From Fistulifera solaris (taxonomy: Eukaryota): DNA of 64,000 nucleotides. Under the pieces are notes generated by a model. That model searched no databases and was not told the origin of the DNA. It worked only from the letters and a program-made list of their open reading frames with translations. Positions 52,748 through 63,438 of the stretch are shown piece after piece. Made by a program: the position numbers and the translations under genes. The DNA lies in contig AP026142.1 of assembly GCA_030295235.1 (NCBI GenBank), positions 62,001 through 126,000 on the forward strand. The letters are read 5' to 3'. Positions within the stretch are counted from its first letter, which is position 1. Each line of letters opens with the position of its first letter.

Positions 52748-52956
52748 GGTACTCGTTCCTTCAATTTGTCTGTATAGTACGTTTTCGGTATAACTGAGGA
52801 AAGGTTGCGTATTATTAACGTGTTTCGTGTGAAAACTTTCTCGTTTTTCGAGGTTTTCAAGGAAACGCCACGTAAAATGGGACGAAAGTCTTCCAAATAC
52901 AAACGAGAACTCGGACACTGTGAGAAAATGCCACGTGAGCCCTATCCGCATGTGAC
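52748..52956 (+). repeat. BTB-associated module copy 8
   Basis: GGTACTC...GAAAGGTTGCG...GGAAACGCCACGTAAAATGGGACGAAAGTC...ACAAACGAGAACTCGGACAC...GCCACGTGAGC. Confidence 0.88.
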
Positions 52957-53098
52957 GAACACGTAAAACGACATTATTTTTTTTACTCTTCATATCGGTC
53001 ATCCTTTTCATACGCCGGAAATACAGAACAACTAACCGATCAATCGACACAAATAAGCGGAGCGAACTTTACGGGACGATTCACGGCAAGTAGCAATC

Positions 53099-53387
53099 AT
53101 GTCGACGGAGTTGGTTGATTTCGCTTTCAATGAAATGGAGAGGAAGGGACAGCGACGAAACGTTTGGACTCATACACGGCAACCAACAAGCTCGCTGCGC
53201 TGAATACGACATGGATTTGTTTCGACATATGCTCCATTGTGTGCCTTCGGTTCGCCGAGCCGTAATGGAAGAAAAGGTGGGTGCCTTGGGTGTTGTTGGA
53301 TATCGAGGAAAAGAGATGGCCGTATCTCACGTTCAGTCGACCGAAGAAGACCAGGGTTTGCTTCGTGTTGAAAAGTTGTCATTTTGA
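53099..53387 (+). pseudogene. Possible highly decayed BTB gene
   Basis: LISLSMKWRGRDSDETF and DLFRHML weakly resemble LIS.KWKEG.SDE..F and LFEHVL; follows module copy 8. Confidence 0.35.
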
Positions 53388-53829
53388 AACGCGATTGTGA
53401 CGAATAGGAATCTAAACAAAGGGGCATGGTTAAGTCGCGAGTCAAGATCTTCCTATCGACAGATCTGCAATAATGCGCATCTTGAACTGTGCCTGGATAT
53501 ACTGCGCAACCATTTACGTGCCTCAGCTTCAGAATACTTCGCAAATCGATCGCCAAAGTAGTGGTGAATTTTGAAAATGCCACGTAAAAACCTGCAGACA
53601 GTGGTAAAGTCTAACACCTATCAATCAAGCACTGAAATGTCTTACCTAGTTCGAATAGTGTAGAATCTATTTTCCACGATTGGGTTTTAGTCATGAGGTG
53701 AGAACGCAACACAGACGCGACGACCGACGACGCAGTGATGCGGATCGCATTTCATTTTACCAACGCACAGCAAGATTATTACTGGTGCTATAGACACCCA
53801 ACGCAGCATTCGACACTGAAACAAATACA

Positions 53830-55740
53830 ATGAAGAGAAGCATTGAAGACCTTTCTCCAACGACGACTCGAGAAAACGCGTCGCTGCTGTCTCTTCACGA
53901 CGACGCGCTCATGACAGTTTTGCTGCGCACACGAGCCAGCGACCATGCGAATTTGAGACGCTCCTGCAAGCGCATTCGAGATATGATCGACTCGTTTCAA
54001 TTTCGAAAGGAGAGAGGTGTGCAAGGTTTTGCGGAAGTTGACGTCGACTTGCTCTCTGGTTTTGAACAGTATCAGCTGTCGAAGAAATCGTTAGGGGAAC
54101 ATCCTCCCAGTGAGGAAGATGATAGTTTCTATGCGCAGTACGATACGCTTGGATACATATATGAATACGGCGACTACTCATTCGAAACAGATTGTTTTCG
54201 TGTGTTTGTAGATGGCCGTCCGCTGCACAAGCTTCGCAGAAGGGAAGAATTCAATTTGCATGTACGGCTTTTGCCACTCTGTGCCCCATTTTGGGAACTA
54301 TGTGATTGCTACAACCAAACCCTCTGCGATCTGGGAACTTTGTTATTTACCAATAAAGGCAAGCCAAAGGTTGCATCGATCAAGAACGCACTTACTTGCG
54401 ATGACTTTTGTGCTTCGCACAATCTTTTGTACATTCAGGACTTTGTGCTTCCTTTTGAGTACCGATTTATTGAGTCAACCGTTGGGCCTTTGCTCATCAA
54501 GGGAGTCCTGAAGCTTTTTTTAGACTTTTACTCAATAACCATGCGTTCAGTATAGAGACACAATTCACCGTGAGAGGAAGCCGATGCTGAGAGAAACACA
54601 CGCTTTCGTTTCCCGACCGAAGAAAAGACGGATGAAGATATCCAAGCCGAAGAAGAGCGGCAAATCCGTAATGATCGTTGTAAGCACCAAGATATGCGGC
54701 AGTTCTTTAGGGCCGGATTTCAACAAGTAAATGACCAATTAGTTGTAGAGAAGTCGGACTACAGCTATGTTTTCGCAATTCCTGAAGTTACTGGCGAGCC
54801 GATCTTATCGCTAGAAGAAACGTTGAAAATACCTATTGCACGCCATGTGACCAGAGCCAAGAGGTTTAGCAAGGGAATTTTGGCTTCTCGTTGGAAAGCA
54901 AATCTCGCGAATGGAATGTCATGACCGAAGAGCTAAAAGATCTACGCATACCTCCCCCTCGAAAAGCCTTTGTTCGCCCAAATGATTGATGACTTTAACG
55001 GCAATGTGCAACAGCTAAAAGATCAAGAAGACGGGCTCAGTAATTCTATACAGGAGCGTGCACAGATGGATAAAGACGTTAGCACACTGGAGGAAAGTAG
55101 AGAGATTGTGCGCATCGCGTCGTGACCTAGAAGAGAAGATCAACACGTTGTGTACTACATTGCAAAGCCGGATTTGCTGAAGCGTTAAATCGAAAGGAGG
55201 CAGAAATGAAAACTTGGCAGGATAAAGCTCGAAAAGACTTAAAGACTGTACTTGAAAAGGCGGAAAATACCCTGCAACTGTTTTATGAATCGGATGCGAT
55301 TCATGTTGCTGCAGCTGGGAAGAATTTGGACCTACTCTTGATGCTGCTTGAATTCGTTCCAGACTCTGACAGGCCAATGGCGGTGAACGCACTTGATCGT
55401 TTAGGGCTAACACCTCTTATGGTATTGGCAACCATCGCGCCCTAGTGCTGGTTTGACCAAATGTCGACAGACAATGGAGGCTGTGATCAACATGGGCTGA
55501 CACGGTATTGTTCATTCTATTAATGGTTTATCAGCTTGGACACTTTCAGCGACAGTCATGAGCAAGAAGAAAGGCACCGAATCCTCTTTGGCTTACCAGA
55601 GCCCTCAGTGGAACTCAAAGAAGAAGTTGTGTCGGATTGAAGCGCTTTTACGCCCTGCCGACGGTCCAACTGCCGCAGACGAAGCTATATTGGAAACAAG
55701 GAAAGATGCGGATTCAAATGACGGCGAATCTGACTACTGA
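53830..55740 (+). CDS. F-box / GNAT-like / coiled-coil / ankyrin protein, copy 1 (multiple frame breaks; possibly a pseudogene)
   Basis: SLLSLHDDALMTVLLRT..DHANLRRSCKRIR (F-box-like); AIHVAAAGKN, NALDRLGLTPLMVLA (ankyrin). Confidence 0.7.
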
Positions 55741-55914
55741 AAGGCTAATATCTTTCGGTTACGTATTTTGTTGGCTTGTCGGTTGATATTATAAAAGTCA
55801 CTTTCTTTACACGTTGTCACGTTAAACACCGCCATTACCACATCACGCTGACTGAATTTTAGTCACGAGTCAAACTGAAAAATATGATCGCGTTCGCAAA
55901 AATCGCAGGCAACC

Positions 55915-55976
55915 AAAAACGATCTGTATCGTTCTTTTAAAAAAACGATCTGTATCGTTCTTTAAAAAAACGATCT
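55915..55976. repeat. Tandem ~26-bp repeat, about 2.4 copies
   Basis: AAAAACGATCTGTATCGTTCTTT(T)AA repeated. Confidence 0.85.
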
Positions 55977-56032
55977 CCTTCTAAAGAAGTAAAAAAGCGT
56001 TTGTTGCAGTCATTCTAACTAAAACAGACACA

Positions 56033-57944
56033 ATGAATAGAAGCATTGAAGACCTTTCTCCAACGACGACTCAAGAAAACGCGTCGTTGCTGTCTCTTCA
56101 CGACGACGCGCTCATGACAGTTTTGCTGCGCACACGAGCCAGCGACCATGCGAATTTGAGACGCTCCTGCAAGCGCATTCGTGATATGATCGACTCGTTT
56201 CAATTTCGAAAGGAGAGAGGTGTGCAAGGTTTCGCGGAAGTTGACGTCGACTTGCTCTCTGGTTATGAGCAATATCAACAGTCGAAGATGGGAGAGGATC
56301 CTTCTAGTGACGACGACGAAAGTCTCGGTAGAAATTACGACGAACTTGGCTACATTTGCGAGTACAATGATTACTCATTCGAGACGGATTGCTTTCGAGT
56401 TTATGTGGATGGCCGCCCGTTGCATAAAATCGAGAAACGGGAAGAGTTTAAAATGCATGTACGGCTGTTGCCGCTTTGTGCCCCATTTTGGGAACTAAGT
56501 GATTGCTACAATCAAACCCTCTACGATCTGGGAACCTCATTATTTACGGACAAAGGCAAGCCCACGGTGGTATCGATCAAGAACGCACTAAATTGCGATG
56601 ACTTTAGTGCTTCGCAAAATCTTTTGTATATTCAGGACTTTGTGCTTCCTTTCGAGTACCGGTTTATTGAGTCCACCGTGGGACCTTGGCTTATCAGAAT
56701 AATCCTGCAGCTCTTCCAACACTTATACACGGTCAGCATGTACGTTCCGTATAGAGAGACGCCAATTTACAAAAGTGGAAGCTGAAGCCGAGAAAGGCCA
56801 ACGTTTCGTCTTCGCCGATGAAAAGACGGATGCAGATCTCCAAGCTGAAGAAGAGCGTCAAGTGCGAAATGAACTTTTTGAGCACCAAGATATGCGACAG
56901 TTCTTTAGGGCTGGGTTCCATCAGGTAAACGACCGGTCAATCGTAGAGACGTCTGGCTACAGCTATGTTTTTGCAATACCTCAAGTCATGAACCAGCCGA
57001 TTCTATCGTTAGAGGAAGCTATGAAAATACCTATTGCACGCCAAAACGCCCACGCGACCAGAACCAAGAGGCTTGGCAAGGGATCTTTGGCTTCTCGTGA
57101 AACGGCAAACCATTGAATGGAATGATATGATCAAAAAATCAGACGATCTACGCGTTCCATTTATTGAAAAGCCTTTTTCGCTAGAAGATATAATGAGGTC
57201 AAAGAGGATGTGCAACAGCTGAAAGATCAAGAGGACGAGATTAACATATCTATACAGCAGCGTAATCGGGAGGGTAGGGACGCTGGCGAACTGGAGGAGC
57301 TTAGGGAAAAAGTGCGTGTAGAGCGTTTCGAGCTTGAAGAGAACACCGATGAGGTCTGTCGTATATTGCAAGATGCACATGAGAAGGCGTTGGGTGAAAT
57401 GGAGGCCAAATTTAAAACTTGGCGGGAGGAACATCGAATTGAAGTAAAGGCTATCATTGAGAAGTCGAAAAATCCCCTGCAACTATTTTGCGACTCCGAT
57501 GCGATTCATATTGCCGCAGCTGGGAAGAATTTGCAGCTAGTGCGATTACTTCTCGACTTTGTACCAGGGGCTGACAAAGCAAAGGTTATGAACGCACTTG
57601 ATCGCACAGGCCTAACTCCTCTTATGGTATTGGCAGACGTCGCACCTAGTACTAATTTGATCGAATGTCGACAAACAATGGAGACTTTTATCAATATGGG
57701 AGCAGATACAAATGCTGCTCATGCTATTAACGGTCTATCCGCATTTGGACACTTTCGCGACAGCAATAAGCGAGCGGAGAGGTCTCGCATCCTTTGGGGC
57801 TATCCAGAACTGTCCGTGGAACTCAAAGAAGAAGTTTCTCGAATTGAGGCGCTTCTACGCCCTGCCGATGGCCCAACCCCTGCTGACGAAGCTATATTTG
57901 AAACGAAGGAGTCAGATTCGGATGACGACGAATCTGATTACTGA
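56033..57944 (+). CDS. F-box / GNAT-like / coiled-coil / ankyrin protein, copy 2 (about 3 frameshifts)
   Basis: Near-identical N-terminus to copy 1; LYIQDFVLPFEYR, QFFRAGFHQV; AIHIAAAGKNLQLVRLLL, GLTPLMVLA, MGADTNA. Confidence 0.78.
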
Positions 57945-58050
57945 AAAGAATATATCCTGCCGATGGCCCAACCCCTGCCGACGAAGCTGTATTCGAAACG
58001 AAGGAGTCAGATTTGGATGACGACGAATCTGATTACTGAAAAGAATATAT
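57861..58050 (+). repeat. 95-bp tandem duplication spanning the stop codon of copy 2
   Basis: 57861-57955 and 57956-58050 differ by four transitions. Confidence 0.95.
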
Positions 58051-58325
58051 CGACTTCGGTTTTTAGTTTCTGCTCGGTTGTTATTATCTGAAATCATTCT
58101 ACATTATAAAGAACACTTTCTACTAGATGTACGTCGTACGAGTAATAAAGCCTTTGACTCTCACCGTGATCAACTCGCATGACTGGTTTTAGTCACGAGA
58201 CAAGCTCAAAATTATAAGATCGCGCATCCGATCGTTGCAAAAATTATTTGCAGTCAACAACACACAATTTCTCATGTCACGAATATAGAAGCGTTTGCTG
58301 CATTCTATCTAACTAATTCAGCAAT

Positions 58326-59140
58326 ATGAAACGACACATTGAAGACCTGACTCTTCCTACGGCGAACGGCGCATCCTTGCTGCCCCTTGATGACGACGCT
58401 TTCATGGTAGTTCTGCTGCGTACACGCGCCAGCGATCATCCTAATTTGCGACTCTCTTGTAAGCGCATTCGTGATGTCATCGACCCGTTTCAATATCGAA
58501 AAGAGCGCAGTGTGCAAGGTTTTGCGGAAGTTCAGGTAGAACTATTATCGCCGTTTGAGCAGTAACAACAGGTGAAGAAATCATCGATGGGGAGGATCCT
58601 CCCTCCGAAGAAGACGCTTACTTCTGTGATCACTACGTTGAGCTGGGCTATATCTATGAGTACGAAGACTATTCTTTCGAAAAGGACTTTTTTCGAGTGT
58701 TTGTGGACGGCCGTCCGCTGCACAAGCTTAAGACAGACGACTTCCAGTTGCATGTCCGGATCCTGCCGCTTCAGTCTCCCTTCTGGAGCGCGCATGATTG
58801 CTACAATTTAGAGCTCTGTGATCTCGGAATATCCTTGTTTTACGAATAGTGGTGATCCAAAGGTAGATTCGCTCAAAGGTACCATTGATTCTGAGTTTGG
58901 GCCTTTCTACATGCTCTATCTCGAGGGACTTAATGTTGCCAAACGAATACCGATCTCTCGCGTCCACCGTCGGGCCAAATCTCATCAAAAGCCTGCTGTG
59001 AAATTTTTGTGGATGGTATTCGATTGCCCTCGACATCCCCCATAAAGATGCACAGTTCACAAAGGAAGAGGCTGACGCTAGGAGGTATAGGGAAAACTTC
59101 ACCTTTCGCGACGAGGATGAAAGAACAGATGAAGAAATTC
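58326..59140 (+). pseudogene. F-box family copy 3, truncated pseudogene
   Basis: SLLPLDDDAFMVVLLRTRASDHPNLRLSCKRIR; TAA at 58563 replaces a conserved Tyr codon; ankyrin half absent. Confidence 0.8.
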
Positions 59141-61611
59141 AGACTCCTTTGCGTCGAATGTCGAATACTACTACGAGTATCACTTAATTTTCCTTTTCGC
59201 TACCATAGCTATTGTTCAATTCACCGAGAGGCATTAAATGGAAAAAACGACAATGCACTTCTTGAGCTGGCGAGGGCGTGTCATCGGGAAACATCACGCT
59301 GCTGCTGTTAACCGTCGTGCGCGCGTTGACGTTGACAAGAATTCAAGTATCATGACGTTCGTTCTGTCCGTTTCCATCACGTGATACGAATTGATTGGTA
59401 AAGATCGTTTACACTCCGAGACAAATCGTGCTTTAAGCGACGAAGCGCAAGGACACAAAGCTGGAAATCATTTCCTTATTATCGCAGTTCCTGTCTGCAG
59501 CGAAGAGTGTCGACATGACGACGAACAAACTTACGATCTTTCGTTCATGTGTTCTGATATGGATCAGCATATATCCTGGGTGCTGGAATTTTGGAAGGCA
59601 AGAAGTTTCGAAGTTATACAAGTCCCTAAGGATTCCTACAAAATAACGATCCAGAGACCATTGAAAATCGACTGAAAAGTGTGGAGTAAGAACGGTCAAA
59701 CCTGGCGATCCAATAAACTGTGCTTGTTAGGATCTATTAGCCGGGAAAATTTGATTGTGGCGTTAACCTATTAGCTTATAGTCATGTAAGAGAGTCACTG
59801 CGTTTATTTATAGGAGAAGAAGCAAGTCGCCAAGAAGCAATTGATTGCAGATGAATTCAAACATATTGGCATTGTTTTTCCAAGTTTAGTCCCTCATCCT
59901 GAATCATAAAAATAACACGACAAGTCGACGGATGCTCCTCCTCGAAGTATGGTGCTGGATCTCTTCGGACTACTGGTACTTGTTCTACGAAGCTTCTTGG
60001 CTCGCTGCTGAGGTCAAACACGACTCACTCTAGAGAGACTTATAAATTCGGGAAAATCAAATTAGTGTTGAAAATGGGTTTAAGAACGAGCAGCTCATCG
60101 TTCGCCTTTTACCACTACACGAAAATGTCGTGAAAATTCTTGCAGAACATTATTTAAGTTTTACGTTTGCTCAGACTCTATAATAAAGAGTAACGAGGCA
60201 AGATCTATATTGCCAGGAACATTTGACCGTGCTCTATGATTCCGTGCTATTTGTGTCCGAGCAGGTGTTTGTGTTTGTCGTCGCTGGCGTACTTGTGTAT
60301 TGGTGATGCAAATCTGGCTTGATCCCCTTCTTCTATTTGTAACGGTTGCTGCAGTCACTGATGTGGTGTCTGCATCACTATTTGCTGATTGTGTTCGCCG
60401 TCTTTGCCTGGGACGGCCGAGAAATGCCATTACGAAGTATCTGTGCTACTTTCTTCACCGGCTGGAGTGCCGTGCTCGCCTTGATCCTGTCCTTCTATTG
60501 GAAGCATCCTGTGGTGTTTCACTGACGTTGTGGTCTTCTTCGGCTTCTACAGCTGGTGCATTTTTCCTTGCATTCTTCAACTTTTGAACGGCTTTCAATG
60601 TTGTGGTCCAGGCTTCCTGGCCAAACCCAAATTCTTTGCCACCGTCTCAAAAGCCTCCTGCATGTTCAACTCTGAAATAGTTTCAAAACCAAATTTCCGC
60701 GCTTCGGCCTCAATAAATTGACAGAGAATTTTCATGTCGCTTGCCGTCCTTTGGGATTCCCGTCTCTTTCCTTTTCGGTTGGCTTGCAAACGAGACGATC
60801 TGTTACATTCACCCGCTGATCGCTGTTTTTCATCAAGGAACTTGTAGGATTTTTGTGCTTACGTTCTTTAATGCAGGAATATTTTGTTCTCTATTTGGAG
60901 TATTCCATTGCACCCACAAATCCAATGTGTTTGATCTTGGAAATTCAAAGTCGATGGGCAACTCAGTTGATGAGAATGCGTTACCATTGGTAGGCTCTTC
61001 AACGTACATTCCACGAAGGGGATTCTGTTGAAAAGATTCGACCAAACGCTCTAGTTGCAATGTTAGTCTATCAAAAACCTCGGAGCGTGTACTATCCGAA
61101 GCTCGCTGTATAAGCTCCATCAGGGCGTTCTTCAGTTAATTCACCGCCACCAATTCGTCGAGTCTCAAAATAATCAGTCACGCCTTTCATCACCTTTTCA
61201 AATATCCTTTCAGCAATCGATCCTAGCTGGTCCTTGATTTCAGCTAGATCCACTAGCTCCTTCACATGAGGGGGTACTCCAGATATGTGATTTGTTGTAT
61301 CCCAGGCTTTATGAGTCTTTAAAGCAGCCAGACCATGTTCCATGAGGTTGTAATCGCGGAAGATAGCAATAGATTTTCTTGCTGGATGATTTGCCTCAAA
61401 TCGCGCTTAACATAATCGTGGTGGTGAATCATGCTTGCAAGACAACGTTGTAGAATCTTTTGCATGCCGTTGATATGATGGAAGCAAGGAAACACTTTCT
61501 TAACACAGTTTGCCATCCATTCATTGTCAACAACTTCTGGGCAAAAGTACGCAGGTGACGATGCAAAGTCACTAGACATCAAATTTAAGAGAGAAAGACA
61601 CCGTAACAAAT

Positions 61612-62752
61612 TCATCTCCAGCGTTGTAGTTGCTGGAAATAGATATCCAACACCTTGCCAGTACTCCAACCGCATCGGTGGCATATTGCTACTGGAGATG
61701 GCCCACCTGGCAGCGATCCCAAATAAGTAGCTGCGCCTTTTCGGAGAGAATGTAAGCCAATGTCGGAGATGGAAGCATATCCCATAGCTATGACTTCATC
61801 TTCGTGAAGCTCAAGTACCTCCTGAAGCTTACGGCTGACGCGTTTTGTTGTACTATCGGAAGTCCCCGGGAACAATCGATAGCCAGCTTCTTGCACCGTG
61901 GTAAAGTTTGTTGCTAGATAGAGACCAAGCAAGAACGTGAAGTCAATGTCGGGCTCATTGATGTTGGAATACAGATTTCTTTTAACTTGCTTTTCTGCTC
62001 CAGTTACATCTGTCTTTGTGTGCTTGAAGTTTATCTGCATTGCATCGAACTTTGTCCAGGACAAGTGACTAAGCTTCAATTTTGCCGTATTGTTACTGCG
62101 GCAAGCAAGATTCCATGTGAGACAAATGAAACAAGCAGCAAGCAAGCTGTCAACTGATGCATATTCTAGCAGCCATTTGAGGATTGAACGGTACAGCTCG
62201 GTGGATATAGCCTCCTTGCCTTCATTGAGCTCATCACGGTCGTCTTCCTCATCATCGCTACTGTCGCCATTTCCATCTTCATTCTCGTCTTCATTCTGAG
62301 GACTCCTATTACTCCGCTTCCTTCCAAATCCCTTCCAATAGTTTCCAATGCGCTGCTTGTACTCCTCCGTGGGACCCCGTCCATTATGACAACGTAACAA
62401 ATGAAAGATGGCAGAGCGTTTTCCCTTGTAGGATGATCGTGAAAGCGCTTTCCCAGTTTGCTGATTGGCCCCCGATGCAATGTACTTCATAACAAGGCCA
62501 GGAGTAATGTTCTCTTCAATAACAAGAGGACTGTTTCTGGCATTGCGAATCAGATTCATATAAACAGCTTTCACCCGAGCTCTATGTTTCTTCTTGCTCT
62601 CGCCTTCATTGGGATCTCGACAATCTTTAACTGTTTCTTTAGCAAGTTCCGTCAAAAGCTCCGATGTCTCGTCAACATTTTGCACAGCACACCAGTTGAT
62701 GAAGTGTATGATGCCATTACAATAGGAACTAAAGACGTTTTCGAAACAATCC
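61612..62752 (-). CDS. Tyrosine recombinase domain (gene continues through frameshifted fragments towards ~60161)
   Basis: LTWNLACRSNN (R), HTKTD (K), GLHSLRKGAAT (HxxR), HRCGWS (W), VLDIY (Y). Confidence 0.9.
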
Positions 62753-63003
62753 CATCATCCATCTGCTGTAGTGACATTGGTCGTTGCAAGGACCACGCGG
62801 CCTGCAACGACATTTGCTTGTACTGGTACGTTTTGAGCTGACATGATGAGGTTTCTGTTGGTTATGGTAGTAACAATTCTTGGAATAAAAGGCTGTAATT
62901 GTCATTTGCACCATTGTTGTGGGCTCAGCTGTGGGTGCTTTTGCGGTTCGGATTTTTGCCAAGTAAGAACTTGTCACTCCTGTAGAAAAGCTACCAGCCA
63001 AAA

Positions 63004-63209
63004 TTTGTCCGGCAATTGTCTCAAGTTTGCCGACGATTGATTCTCTACAAAAAGACACGTTGCACTTGTACGAAAAATGATCTGAAGATGTTTTACCATT
63101 ATCGACGATTGCCGGACAAGCGGTCCGCAAACAGACGGGTACGTATGTAGAAAGTCTACTAGAAACAAGTTGAGTAGCGCACCGCGACCCAATTTGTCCG
63201 GCATTTGTC
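63004..63209. repeat. Three 17-bp sites TTGTCCGGCA(A/T)T(T/C)GTC in +/-/+ orientation
   Basis: 63004-63020 (+), 63104-63120 (-), 63193-63209 (+). Confidence 0.85.
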
Positions 63210-63438
63210 AATTAACCTTCGTTCATCTATCTGACATATTTGGTACCGCTACGCTACATAGACGCGCTGTAGATAAGCTCTGAAAAATCATGCCGACAAA
63301 CCAAAAAACGGATAAGACGCGAAAAGTCCGCTTTCGTTTGTTCGTTGACGTAGATACGAGTTTGCGGGAAACGAACATAAATGTTCACAACAATTATTCA
63401 TTCCCTTTTATATCTTTGCCTTGCAAAAACGAGTATCT

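Larger units (their letters stand above)
60161..63209 (-). mobile_element. Crypton-type tyrosine-recombinase DNA transposon (boundaries approximate)
   Basis: YR domain followed by fragments typical of stramenopile Cryptons (SGVPPHV, FEFP....LWVQW...IPALK); no RT, LTR or TIR seen. Confidence 0.78.

Noticed and set aside
59391..59675. 94-aa ORF as an independent gene
   Set aside because: No ATG start or recognised domain; at most a faint likeness to the BTB-family C-terminus (as also near 41020-41070), too weak to call.
61612..62752. Phage integrase, DIRS element or bacterial contamination
   Set aside because: No RT/RNase H or phage genes are linked; motifs and C-terminal extension fit Crypton; both flanks are host gene families.
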